Shown here piece after piece: positions 54,294 to 63,732 of a DNA stretch of 64,000 bases. The position numbers and the translations under genes are program-made. A model generated the notes under the pieces. The model saw nothing but the letters and a program-made list of their open reading frames with translations. It was not told where the DNA came from and ran no database searches. The DNA comes from Candidatus Latescibacterota bacterium (GTDB lineage Bacteria > Latescibacterota > UBA2968 > GCA-2709665): positions 3,328,001 through 3,392,000 of the forward strand of contig OZ250150.1 in NCBI GenBank assembly GCA_965237675.1, written 5' to 3'. Numbering within the stretch: position 1 is the stretch's first letter; the number at the start of each line of letters is the position of its first letter.

Positions 54294-54479
54294 TCAGTCG
54301 GCGGCGATACCCATGTGTTCCACACCCGAACCCGTTTCGCCCGCCAGCGTCTGCCTGGCATTCTCCATAAACTGCGCGATTCGCACCTGAAGGTCTTTGG
54401 CTTCCGATTCAAACCGATCCAACTCGTCCACTAGATCCTCATAGTCGAGACGTGGCTCAACGTCCGTGCGGTTCGCCAT
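54294..54479 (-). CDS. Small acidic coiled-coil hypothetical protein (61 aa)
   Basis: MANRTDVEPRLDYEDLVDELDRFESEAKDLQVRIAQFMENARQ...; AAGGAG RBS; own promoter at 54568-54596. Confidence 0.65.
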   Translation of the reverse strand: MANRTDVEPRLDYEDLVDELDRFESEAKDLQVRIAQFMENARQTLAGETGSGVEHMGIAAD

Positions 54480-54567
54480 ACAACACGCTCCCTTCGTGCA
54501 AGGGGAAATAGGGAGAGGGGGGAGGTTGAATGCCAATTAAGCTCGCGATATTTGAGTGAGGAACCAA

Positions 54568-54596
54568 ATTATAGGACAGGGTGGAAGATGGGTCAA
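54568..54596 (-). promoter_or_regulatory. sigma70 promoter for the small ORF
   Basis: Minus strand TTGACC-17-TATAAT. Confidence 0.7.
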
Positions 54597-54629
54597 GAGA
54601 AAAGGTAAAAAAGTGGGGAATAAATACGG

Positions 54630-55580
54630 TCAGGGTGGCGATTGACGCTGCGGCTGTGCGTCCATCAGGGCCCGAATCTCCCGTTCTCGCGGCAGCGAAG
54701 CCTGTGCGCCGATTCGGGTAACCGCGAGGGCGCCCGCGCAATTGGCGAACGCGACCGCGTCCGCAAGGGACTGCGATACGCCGAGTGCGGCCGCGAGAGC
54801 GCCGTTGAAGGCGTCTCCCGCGCCCGTGGTGTCGCGTACGTCGACCCTGGGCGCGGGGATGAGGAGTTCGGTTTGCCGGCCCGTTGCCAGAAGCGCCCCC
54901 CGTGCGCCAAGCGTGATAATGACGTTGATTACACCGCGGTCCATCAGGATGTCTGCGGCTTGGCGTGCCGCTCTTTCGGTATCCGGACGAATGCCGGTTA
55001 GTGTCTCGGTTTCAGGTTCGTTCGGCGTCAGGAGAAAAAGATCGGAGAGAAGCTCCGCCGGAAGGTCACGCGCGGGGGCGGGGTTGAGAATAACCGGCAC
55101 GTTGTGTTCCCTTGCCAGACCCGCCGCGTGGAGAACCGTGGGCATTGGTGTCTCAAGCTGAAGCAGGCAAGTTGAAGCGCCGTTGAAAACAGAACCCGCA
55201 GCGTCGATCTGAACGGGGGATAGGGCCGCGTTGGCGCCGGGAACCACGGCAATGGCGTTCTCACCCTTTCCGTCGACCAGAATCGAGGCGACCCCAGAAG
55301 GTAAATACGGATCTTTCAACACGAAGGTGGTGTCGATTCCCTCCGCCTCGAGGCAGCGCAGGGCCTCGCCACCGAAGGCGTCGCTGCCTACTCTTGCAAC
55401 AAAGGAAACACGCGCCCCGGACCGCGCCGCGGCGACCGCCTGATTGGCGCCCTTGCCGCCCGGTAATGTGGTAAACGTATCCGCCATAATGGTTTGGCCA
55501 GGTCTTGGCAGACGCTTCGATTGAACGATCAGATCCGTGTTGGAGCTGCCAATGACCAGAACGTGAGCGTGTGACGCCAT
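54630..55580 (-). CDS. rbsK: Ribokinase
   Basis: GSSNTD, GGKGANQAVA, QLE, NPAPA, PNEPE, DTTGAGDAFNG. Confidence 0.9.
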   Translation of the reverse strand: MASHAHVLVIGSSNTDLIVQSKRLPRPGQTIMADTFTTLPGGKGANQAVAAARSGARVSFVARVGSDAFGGEALRCLEAEGIDTTFVLKDPYLPSGVASILVDGKGENAIAVVPGANAALSPVQIDAAGSVFNGASTCLLQLETPMPTVLHAAGLAREHNVPVILNPAPARDLPAELLSDLFLLTPNEPETETLTGIRPDTERAARQAADILMDRGVINVIITLGARGALLATGRQTELLIPAPRVDVRDTTGAGDAFNGALAAALGVSQSLADAVAFANCAGALAVTRIGAQASLPREREIRALMDAQPQRQSPP

Positions 55581-56096
55581 GGGGATCTCCGGAAGAATCG
55601 GGGAGCCGCGAATTGGACGGCGCAAATGGTCCGCTTCGTGCGGGAAGTAGCCCGTATCTCGATCCGTCACCTCTCAAGCGGCTCTGAGGCAATTCAAGAA
55701 CGGGATTCAAGGTAACAAGATTCGGGCTCCACCGCCAAGGTGAACCTGACTGAATCCTCGCGGAATTATCCGAAACATGCGGACCTCATTGTATTTCCTT
55801 GACTTGCCTGTGGGGTTTGCTTAAGTTTTTTTTATCTACGTACGAAAGCGGAATGGAAACCGAATGCCATCCTGTTCACGACAGGCAGGATGGCCGAGTT
55901 TCCCGTCGGTTTTGTCCGGAACCATCCGTGTGTCTCCAGAGTCAAAGGTGAGAGTGGCCTGGCGTCGGCTGTATTGTTGTTTCCAGGGACTGTGCGACAA
56001 ACAGACGTCCGGTTTTCGGGTCGTCGATAGCACCGACCGTTCGGGGTTGGGAAAAAACAGGGCCCCGATTTTCTGTCTTAGCGGGGTACGAAGGGT

Positions 56097-56918
56097 ATGT
56101 TGAAGCGGATTACGTTTATTCTATGTTCAATCGGTCTGCTGGTATTGGGCGGATGTGCGCAAAACAGATACCGCCACCCGAGTGCTGACCGGTACCTTGA
56201 AACAGCGAATGAGGAACTCGAGAAAAAGAACTGCTGGGAGGCTCAGAAGTTGCTCCGCAATCTGCTTTCGGATTTTCCCGGGTCCCATCTGGTAGATCGT
56301 GCACAATATAAACTGGGCTTCGCCTATATGTGCGATAAGGACTACGTGACGGCCGTTTTTGAATTCGAGCGCGTGCTGAATGAATTTCCGACCAGTCCGT
56401 TTGTTGACCAGGCGCGGTATCAGATCGGGGTGTGTTATTATCGGCAGTCCAGGGGTATCCACCACGACCAGGACGAAACCCACAAGGCCATCCGGGAGTT
56501 TGAACGGTTTATCGAGGATTTTCCCGAAAGCGAACTCGTCCCGCGCACGCGTACCAGAATTCAGGAGCTTCGGGCCAAATTGGCTCGGAAAAAACTGATG
56601 GTCGCGGAGAACTATATTCAGTGGCAAATGTACGAATCCGCCGGGCGTTACTGCGAGATTGTCCTGAAGGAATTCGAGGATACCCCGCTCGCGACAAGAG
56701 CCCGGTTTCTCCTCGCCCGGACAAAACATCGCCTGGGTGCGCTGGACGAAGCGCTCGAGATGTTGAGACTTCTGGCCTCGGATGGTGTTCAGAACGACCT
56801 CAAACAGGATATTGCGGAAGAGATACGTCAGATCGAAAAAACCATGGCCGCGCAGAAAACCGAAACTCAGAAACCGGCGGAAAAGACAAACGGATCCAGC
56901 GCTGCAAACACCAGGTGA
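56097..56918 (+). CDS. bamD: Outer membrane assembly lipoprotein BamD
   Basis: Lipobox LGGC, TPR repeats, DQ..T.KA...F..FI..FP.S pattern. Confidence 0.85.
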   Translation: MLKRITFILCSIGLLVLGGCAQNRYRHPSADRYLETANEELEKKNCWEAQKLLRNLLSDFPGSHLVDRAQYKLGFAYMCDKDYVTAVFEFERVLNEFPTSPFVDQARYQIGVCYYRQSRGIHHDQDETHKAIREFERFIEDFPESELVPRTRTRIQELRAKLARKKLMVAENYIQWQMYESAGRYCEIVLKEFEDTPLATRARFLLARTKHRLGALDEALEMLRLLASDGVQNDLKQDIAEEIRQIEKTMAAQKTETQKPAEKTNGSSAANTR

Positions 56919-56924
56919 GGCGGC

Positions 56925-57512
56925 ATGGGCGGCAGGATCGGCATTCTCGGTGGAACGTTCGATCCGATCCATCTCGGCCATCTGATAATCGCGCAGGAGG
57001 CGCTGGCGCAATGTTGTCTGGATCGGGTCCTGTTTGTTCCCTCGGCGGACCCTCCTCACAAACGGGTTGCGGAAATGGCGCCCGCCGAATCGCGCGCAAG
57101 GATGGTGACCCTGGCCCTGGACAGCCAGCCCCGTTTTGAACTGTGCCGGATCGAAATGGAGCGAACCGGAAAGTCCTATACCGTCGAAACCCTGAGGCAA
57201 CTCCGCAGGAAACTTGGAACCAGGACTGAGTTTTATCTGATTATCGGCGCGGACAACGCTGTGGAGATGTCGACATGGTGCGATCCTCAGGGCGTACTCG
57301 GCCTTGCCCATGTGACGGTGGCGGGTCGGCCCGGGTTTCTTCCCGCGGATGTGGATGACAGAATCGCCGCACAGATGCGGTTCCTGGATACGCCGCTTCT
57401 CGAGATTTCTTCCACCCAGATCCGTTCGCGAATTCGTACAGGTCGGCCCATTCGATACTGGGTGCCCGAGAACGTCGCCCGGTTTATCGAAACGCACCAC
57501 CTCTACCGATAA
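56925..57512 (+). CDS. nadD: Nicotinate-nucleotide adenylyltransferase
   Basis: GGTFDPIHLGH, PPHK, SYTVETL, IIGAD, ISSTQIR. Confidence 0.95.
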   Translation: MGGRIGILGGTFDPIHLGHLIIAQEALAQCCLDRVLFVPSADPPHKRVAEMAPAESRARMVTLALDSQPRFELCRIEMERTGKSYTVETLRQLRRKLGTRTEFYLIIGADNAVEMSTWCDPQGVLGLAHVTVAGRPGFLPADVDDRIAAQMRFLDTPLLEISSTQIRSRIRTGRPIRYWVPENVARFIETHHLYR

Positions 57513-57527
57513 AAGAGCGAGCAAACG

Positions 57528-57794
57528 ATGGTCGAATCATCGGACCGCCCCAAACAGAGCCGCGCACAACTGGGCGGGAAACCCGAGGGGCGAATCCAGC
57601 GTTATTTTTGTGTGGACGACGAAAAATACCATGCATTCGCCATGGTTTCCAAAGACGCGACGGTATTGCGTCGGATGCCCAAGCGGATTCGGGTAATGGG
57701 CAAGGACGTGGACGGATGGATCGTGGAAGTGATGGTGCCGGCGACGGACGGCGTGGTGCGGGTGGATCCGCTTGAAAGTGTGAATAAGATTTGA
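57528..57794 (+). CDS. Hypothetical protein (88 aa)
   Basis: Starts 15 nt after nadD on the same strand; protein-like composition. Confidence 0.55.
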   Translation: MVESSDRPKQSRAQLGGKPEGRIQRYFCVDDEKYHAFAMVSKDATVLRRMPKRIRVMGKDVDGWIVEVMVPATDGVVRVDPLESVNKI

Positions 57795-57975
57795 ATTCGA
57801 CGCCACCTGCACAGGGGTCGGCGCATCCGTGCGGGCGACGCAGATAACACCCCGAACGACATATCCCGAACACCGGGATTCGGGGATGTATCCACTGCTT
57901 GGCGGGCGAAACAAGTGCATTCCAAGGGCGATTGATCGGCGGCACCGATGTTCCGTGGACAGCTCAGAGGGTAGA

Positions 57976-58308
57976 ATGACACTGCCGGACGGCCTCAACC
58001 GGGGTGAGACTACCGACGTTACGATTTTCGGGCGCCAATATCCCGTTCAAAGTCGGGAGTCATCGGAGTATACCCAGCGGGTTGCAAGCCTTGTCGATCA
58101 TCGAATGTCGGAGATCGCATCGCAGCAGAAACTGGCGGATCCAACAAAAATAGCGATTATCGCCGCATTGGATTTAACCGACAGGCTGTTAAAGTACCGG
58201 TTCGGACGCGAAGCGGCTGGCCGCCAGGCCGAGCAGGTGGCCGCGCGCCTGACGATGATGTTGGACGATAACGATCGGGGTGATCGCGGGAGATCCCGTA
58301 CAATATGA
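57976..58308 (+). CDS. zapA: Cell division protein ZapA
   Basis: VTIFGRQY, VASLVD.RM, KIAIIAALDLTD. Confidence 0.85.
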   Translation: MTLPDGLNRGETTDVTIFGRQYPVQSRESSEYTQRVASLVDHRMSEIASQQKLADPTKIAIIAALDLTDRLLKYRFGREAAGRQAEQVAARLTMMLDDNDRGDRGRSRTI

Positions 58309-58354
58309 CCTCCTGGGTCTTCAATAAAATTGACAAGTGTGGGGCCAGGGCATC

Positions 58355-59068
58355 TCAAACCGGGGCGCGGCGTGGCGTGTTGATGAATCTGTATTTGAAG
58401 ATGATATAAAGAATTCTCCAACCCGCCTTGATCGTGCCGCTTATGGTTCCGGTAATCTTGGAAACGCCGATCCGACGCCGATAACTGACCGGAACTTCCA
58501 GGAATCGGAAATCCATCAGTGCAGCTTTTATCTGCATCTCGACCGTCCAACCAAAGGTTCTGTCCTGCATATCGAGTTTTACGAGCGCAGGGTATGTAAG
58601 GGCGCGGAATGGGCCGAGATCGGTGAAGTTGGCGCCAAACAGACGGCGGATGAGCCACGTGGCCAGCCAGTTGCCGAAACGGGCCTGTGGAAGCAGCGCG
58701 CCGGCCTCCCGGGTCCCCAGTGTGCGCGAACCGATCACAAGATCCGCGCGTCCCTCAACGATGGGCTCCACAAGTCGCGTCATTTCGTCCGGATAGTCAC
58801 TGTAATCGCCGTCCAGGAAAACGACAATATCGGGTTTGTCCAGGGCGTCGATACCCGCCAGGCATGCCCAGCCGTATCCCCTGCGATGTTCGTGAACAAT
58901 ACGGGGCCCCATCCGCCTGGCCAGGTCAACCGTTCGGTCCGTGGAGCCGTTGTCCACCACCACGACGTCGGCGTCGAGATGACGCGGAATGTCGGACAAT
59001 ACGTTCTGAATGGCTTCCTGCTCGTTGAAAACCGGAATGACCACGGCGATTTCGGGAAAGGTGTGCAT
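58355..59068 (-). CDS. Glycosyltransferase family 2
   Basis: VIPVFNE, VDNGSTD, GYG.A, FLDGDYSD, TDLGPFRA, GWTVEMQ. Confidence 0.92.
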   Translation of the reverse strand: MHTFPEIAVVIPVFNEQEAIQNVLSDIPRHLDADVVVVDNGSTDRTVDLARRMGPRIVHEHRRGYGWACLAGIDALDKPDIVVFLDGDYSDYPDEMTRLVEPIVEGRADLVIGSRTLGTREAGALLPQARFGNWLATWLIRRLFGANFTDLGPFRALTYPALVKLDMQDRTFGWTVEMQIKAALMDFRFLEVPVSYRRRIGVSKITGTISGTIKAGWRILYIIFKYRFINTPRRAPV

Positions 59069-59104
59069 CGGAGGAATGGCTTTCAGGGGCGTGCTGAAAG
59101 GCGT

Positions 59105-59305
59105 TTATTTTCGGGCCGGAGGCTTTCGTATCATCCGGCTCGTTCTCGAGTTGCTTCGCCCCTTCAGGCGAGCAACCAGAACGAACACGCAGAAAACAAC
59201 ACCCAGGAGAACGCTTCCCCCTATTTTGTTGGGATGATCCGCCAGCCACATCAGACCCAGGGTGACCAGCAGGCAGACGCTCGCCATGATGCTCTCTCTA
59301 CTCAT
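59105..59305 (-). CDS. Small two-TM hypothetical protein
   Basis: Two hydrophobic segments and a basic tail; GAGG RBS; upstream promoter. Confidence 0.5.
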   Translation of the reverse strand: MSRESIMASVCLLVTLGLMWLADHPNKIGGSVLLGVVFCVFVLVARLKGRSNSRTSRMIRKPPARK

Positions 59306-59355
59306 CGGATCCGCCTCTTTTGTCGGGTAGAGGTTCGAGGGAGTTCGTCTCCGAG

Positions 59356-59384
59356 AATCTAGCGGACGTCGGAAGCGTTGTCAA
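59356..59384 (-). promoter_or_regulatory. sigma70 promoter
   Basis: Minus strand TTGACA-17-TAGATT. Confidence 0.65.
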
Positions 59385-59537
59385 TTGATTCAACCCGCAG
59401 GCAACGGCCCATTACATACCGAGCAGGTCGGGAGATTCGGTTCGTGGCTCTGAGTTTGTAATTAAAGTTAAGCGGCTTTCGGAGCCGCCATGAGAACCTG
59501 TGCCCTGAAGGGCGCGGGTTTTTTTCAACAAGTACGG

Positions 59538-60761
59538 TCAATCTTGCCGGCCGTCACCCGGGGAAGTGTCGGGAGACGGGCCGTCGGTGAGGGTTTCCGG
59601 CACGAGGAAGGCAAAGGTGGCCGCTGCGAGCAGGCCGAATCCCGCGATTGCGAAGGTGGCGGGGGAGAGGCCGAGCAGATCGGCGATGCCCCCGAACACG
59701 AGAGGCGCTCCCATATGGCCTGTATCGCCAACCAGCCGCCAGGCCCCCAGGAACTCACCGATGGAATGCCGTGGCGCAAGGTCCGCCCCAAGGGTCATCA
59801 TCGAGCCGGAGCCGATGCCGTTTCCCAGGCCCAGGAGCGCCGTGGCCAGCAACAACCCGGTAAAGCTGTGGGTGAAGGGAATGGCCGCCATTGCGACGGC
59901 CTGAGTCAGGAAGCAGGGTACCATCGCGAATTTTCTTCCGTACCGGTCCATAATATAACCTGCCGGATAGAAGAGAGACATGTCGACCAGCGCAGAAATG
60001 GTGATGATCCACCCGATCGCCTGAACGTCCAGACCGATTACGTCGGCGGCATACAGGGGTACAACGACGGGTCGACCGGCTCGAATGGTCTGGGCAAAGA
60101 GCTGTCCTGAACCGGCAGTGGCAAGTTCTCGAACATGCGATTTGAAGATGGCCAGTAGCCGTCTGATATGACCCGCACCGATCATGGGTGTGGCGCGCGC
60201 CGTTTCGGTTTCAAACGTGACCAGGGCAACAATGACGACGACCGCCGCCAGGGCAGCAAACACCAGGAACGGGGTCTCCAGACTGTAGAAGGCGCCGAGC
60301 GCGCCGCCCGCCGCGGGCCCCGCAAAGCTGCCGAACCGGTGAATGCCGCCGAAGATCGAGAGCGCCCTTCCTCGATGAAAAACAGCGGTAGCGTCCGCCA
60401 GATAGGCGTGACAAGCGATGTTCCAGAGCGAACTGCCGACGCCTGCGGCAACACGATAGAACATGACTTCGTGAACGTCGCGCGCCCAGAACAACATGAG
60501 GGTGGCGACGGCAACACAGCTCACGCCAAGAACCATGGCGGGTTTCCGCCCGACTCTGCCAAGCAGTATGCCAGCGGGTAAAGCGCCGATCAGCCTGCCC
60601 ACGCCTTCGGCGGCAAGTACAACGCCTACAAGACCGTACGAAGCGCTGAAGGTCATTGCGTAGAGCGGTAGAATGGGGATTAGCATCCCATTGCCAAACA
60701 TCAGCATCAGCGACGGAACGTAAACGGGCAGGACGAGTGGATTGCGGGTGGGTCTGTTCAT
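59538..60761 (-). CDS. MFS transporter
   Basis: About 12 TM; motif A-like GILLGRVGRK and GYIMDRYGRK. Confidence 0.92.
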   Translation of the reverse strand: MNRPTRNPLVLPVYVPSLMLMFGNGMLIPILPLYAMTFSASYGLVGVVLAAEGVGRLIGALPAGILLGRVGRKPAMVLGVSCVAVATLMLFWARDVHEVMFYRVAAGVGSSLWNIACHAYLADATAVFHRGRALSIFGGIHRFGSFAGPAAGGALGAFYSLETPFLVFAALAAVVVIVALVTFETETARATPMIGAGHIRRLLAIFKSHVRELATAGSGQLFAQTIRAGRPVVVPLYAADVIGLDVQAIGWIITISALVDMSLFYPAGYIMDRYGRKFAMVPCFLTQAVAMAAIPFTHSFTGLLLATALLGLGNGIGSGSMMTLGADLAPRHSIGEFLGAWRLVGDTGHMGAPLVFGGIADLLGLSPATFAIAGFGLLAAATFAFLVPETLTDGPSPDTSPGDGRQD

Positions 60762-60799
60762 GGGGTCTGTGGGCGGTTGTACCGGCTTGAAAGGTGGGT

Positions 60800-60828
60800 A
60801 TGGTAAGCAGGGAATACGGTTTTGTCAA
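60800..60828 (-). promoter_or_regulatory. sigma70 promoter for the MFS gene
   Basis: Minus strand TTGACA-17-TACCAT. Confidence 0.65.
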
Positions 60829-61097
60829 GCAATGCGGTTCTGACCGATGTGCGGGGGCCAATCGGAACCGGCTTTGCAACACATCCAGGATCGCGTCCTA
60901 AAAAAAACGGGTCGTCCGACGCCCGAAATGTCCCGGTACGGGGATGGTAAATCCGATCGGACCGCTGAATCCGGCCGACGAATTCAACCATACCGTGAAA
61001 TCCCGGAATGGAGCGTGATACACGCGCCAGAGGGCGGGATATGGACCGTTGAATACGGGGATGGAGCCGAGTTCATCTCAGAAAGGAAGGTTTACCC

Positions 61098-62060
61098 ATG
61101 AAGATTGTTCTGTGCCCGCCGGTGAGCGAGGTTTTATGTGACCAGGTCCGTCGGGCCGTGCCCGGGGCTGAGGTGGTGATGGCGGCAATGGACGAAGCGC
61201 ATGCGGTGGTTGGGGATGCGGACGTGATATTCGGAATGTACAACCAGAAGATCATCAGCGCAGCCAGGCGGGTCAGGTGGATTCAGACCACCAGCGCTGG
61301 CATGGATATGTTGATGGACATTCCGGGCGTTCGTGAGGGCCGATTCAGACTGAGCAACGCCAGCGGGCTTCACGCCCTGCAGGTGGCGGAGCACGCCTGG
61401 GCATTGACGTCGGCCCTCTTTCGTGGACTGCACGTCTACATCAGGAATCAGGTTGCACGTGAATGGAAGGGTGCGCCGATTTTGGATCTGTACGGGGCGA
61501 CGGTCGGCATTGTCGGATTCGGAGGAATTGGAAGGCGGTATGCCAGGCTGGCGGCTGGGTTTGAAGTGAAAATTCTCGCCGTGGACGTACAGCAGTCGGA
61601 CAGGCCGGATCATGTGGAGGCGCTGTGGGGAATCGATCGTCTGGATGACTTGCTGACGACATCCGACGCGGTGTTTATTGCCTGCCCCTTTACGCCGCAG
61701 ACGGACAAGCTGATCGATGCCCGCGCGTTCCGTCTGATGAAGAATTCTGCCTTCCTGATCAATACGGCACGGGGTCCGATTGTGGACGAGGCGGCGCTGG
61801 TTGACGCGCTTGAGTCCGGTGAAATCGCCGGGGCGGGGCTGGACGTCTTCGAAACGGAGCCCTTGCCGGAGACCAGTCCGCTCTGGCAGATGGAAAACGT
61901 GATCATTACCACCCATGCGGCGGGCTCGTCGAACTACCGCCCTCAACGCACGGTTGATTTTTTTTGCGAGAATCTGAATCGTTTTCTGGGGGGGTTGCCG
62001 CTGTTGAACGAGACGGATCGGAATCTGGGATACCCCACGCTGGAACGGCGCGTTGGGTGA
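61098..62060 (+). CDS. D-isomer-specific 2-hydroxyacid dehydrogenase
   Basis: VAEHA, GFGGIG Rossmann motif, INTARG, LDVFETEPL, THAAG. Confidence 0.93.
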   Translation: MKIVLCPPVSEVLCDQVRRAVPGAEVVMAAMDEAHAVVGDADVIFGMYNQKIISAARRVRWIQTTSAGMDMLMDIPGVREGRFRLSNASGLHALQVAEHAWALTSALFRGLHVYIRNQVAREWKGAPILDLYGATVGIVGFGGIGRRYARLAAGFEVKILAVDVQQSDRPDHVEALWGIDRLDDLLTTSDAVFIACPFTPQTDKLIDARAFRLMKNSAFLINTARGPIVDEAALVDALESGEIAGAGLDVFETEPLPETSPLWQMENVIITTHAAGSSNYRPQRTVDFFCENLNRFLGGLPLLNETDRNLGYPTLERRVG

Positions 62061-62242
62061 CCGTCAACGGGCAACCGCGGCAAATTCAGTACCTTGCCCA
62101 GATTCGCAGCCCGTTCCGCGCCGCGGCGGCAAGACAAGGGGGTCGGGTCCACGGTCAACCCTGACGTGAATGCGTGCGGGTGGTCGTTGGTCCAACAGGG
62201 ATCGGATCCGATGGCTGCGGGTAATTTTCGGAGAGATGGCAA

Positions 62243-63574
62243 ATGGCGGAGATCAGGGCTTTTCGTGGGATTCGTTACGCGATTGAGAGAATAGACAACG
62301 TCGGGGACGTCGTCGCGCCGCCGTACGATGTGATTGACGGGTCGATGCAGCGGGCCCTGTACGACTCACATCCCAACAACATTGTTCGAATTATTCAGGG
62401 CGTGGAGAAAGCAGGGGATTCGAACGGCGAGAATCGATACACCCGTGCCGCGGCGGCATATCGAAGCTGGCTTGAAGAAGGTGTTCTGGTGCGGGACCGG
62501 GAAGAAGCGATCTATCTGTACGCACAGGATTTCGATATAACGACGTCCGAGGGGATACAAAATAAAACGCGGCTGGGGATTGTGGCGCTGGTACGTGCGG
62601 ACGCATTGGGTGAAGGCCCCATATTGCCGCACGAGAATACGATGCCGGGTCCGAAGGCGGACCGGTTGGCGCTCATGCGGTGCACCCGGGCGGCCTTTGG
62701 GCAGATTTTCTCGCTATACTCCGACCCGGGAGGCCACGTGCGGAATATCGTCACTCCCGTCCTGGATGATGCCCCGTTATTTGCGTTCAAAAGTCGGGAC
62801 GGCGTCGGACACCGGTTGTGGCGAATAGCGGACCGCGCTCTGATAGACAGTGTGGCCACTACGCTGCAAGACAAGCCGTTCTTCATCGCGGACGGCCATC
62901 ACCGATATGAAACTGCGGTGGTCTACCGGGACGAATGCGCGGTGGCCAATCGTGAGGATTGGCAGGGCAAGCCCTACGGATACCGGATGCAGACGCTCGT
63001 AAACATGGATGACACGGAGGGGATGGCCATCAATGCGATTCACCGCGTGGTCCTGGATCTGGGGGAGAACGGGGTCGTCAGACTCATCGATGGACTGGCG
63101 GACCTGTGCGAGGTTGAACGAGCGCCCCTCAAGGATACTCAAACCGTATTGCGGGAATTAAAACGGCGCGGCGGCGGCCGAACCGCATTCGGATTCTGCC
63201 ACGGAGCGTGTTCCGAAGTGCACTATTTGACGTTGAAGAGAGGTGTGGAGCCGTCGGACCTGGATTGCGGGGAGCACTCGGAGGCGTGGCGGATGCTGGA
63301 TCCGGGATTGTTGCAACTGATTCTGGGCACGGTGCTGGATCTGGATTCGGAGACATTGACCAGGGGGGAGAATGTGAAGTTTGTAAAGGTCGAGCATGAG
63401 GTGTTGGACCTGGTGAAAGCGGCGCCCGATCGGGCGGGTTTCTTTCTGAATCCCGTGGGCATGGATCAGTTGCGCGACGTTGTGCTGGCCGGGGAGCGGA
63501 TGCCGCCAAAGTCCACGTTTTTTTATCCGAAAGTGTTTTCGGGACTGGTTATTCAGGATCTGCAGTCGTTCTAG
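62243..63574 (+). CDS. DUF1015 family protein
   Basis: PPYDVI, ILPHENT, IADGHHRYETA, MPPKSTFFYPK. Confidence 0.92.
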   Translation: MAEIRAFRGIRYAIERIDNVGDVVAPPYDVIDGSMQRALYDSHPNNIVRIIQGVEKAGDSNGENRYTRAAAAYRSWLEEGVLVRDREEAIYLYAQDFDITTSEGIQNKTRLGIVALVRADALGEGPILPHENTMPGPKADRLALMRCTRAAFGQIFSLYSDPGGHVRNIVTPVLDDAPLFAFKSRDGVGHRLWRIADRALIDSVATTLQDKPFFIADGHHRYETAVVYRDECAVANREDWQGKPYGYRMQTLVNMDDTEGMAINAIHRVVLDLGENGVVRLIDGLADLCEVERAPLKDTQTVLRELKRRGGGRTAFGFCHGACSEVHYLTLKRGVEPSDLDCGEHSEAWRMLDPGLLQLILGTVLDLDSETLTRGENVKFVKVEHEVLDLVKAAPDRAGFFLNPVGMDQLRDVVLAGERMPPKSTFFYPKVFSGLVIQDLQSF

Positions 63575-63732
63575 CCGAAACAGACGGCCCGTGAACACAC
63601 GGGAATTCACACCGAGAACCGGGGCGCTATGCGCCCCTTTTTCAAATCGGTTCGAGCGTGGATGCCAATGCGGCAGCACGTTTACCGCGTACCGCAGCCG
63701 GCGCTCGGGAATCGGAGGCATCCGGCCGGTGA

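Noticed and set aside
55830-56096. Structured leader before bamD (GCCATCCTG...CAGGATGGC hairpin)
   Set aside because: A single moderate hairpin with no T-tract or known motif; insufficient support.
58308-58355. 6S RNA expected downstream of zapA
   Set aside because: Only about 46 nt precede the convergent GT2 stop, too short for 6S RNA.
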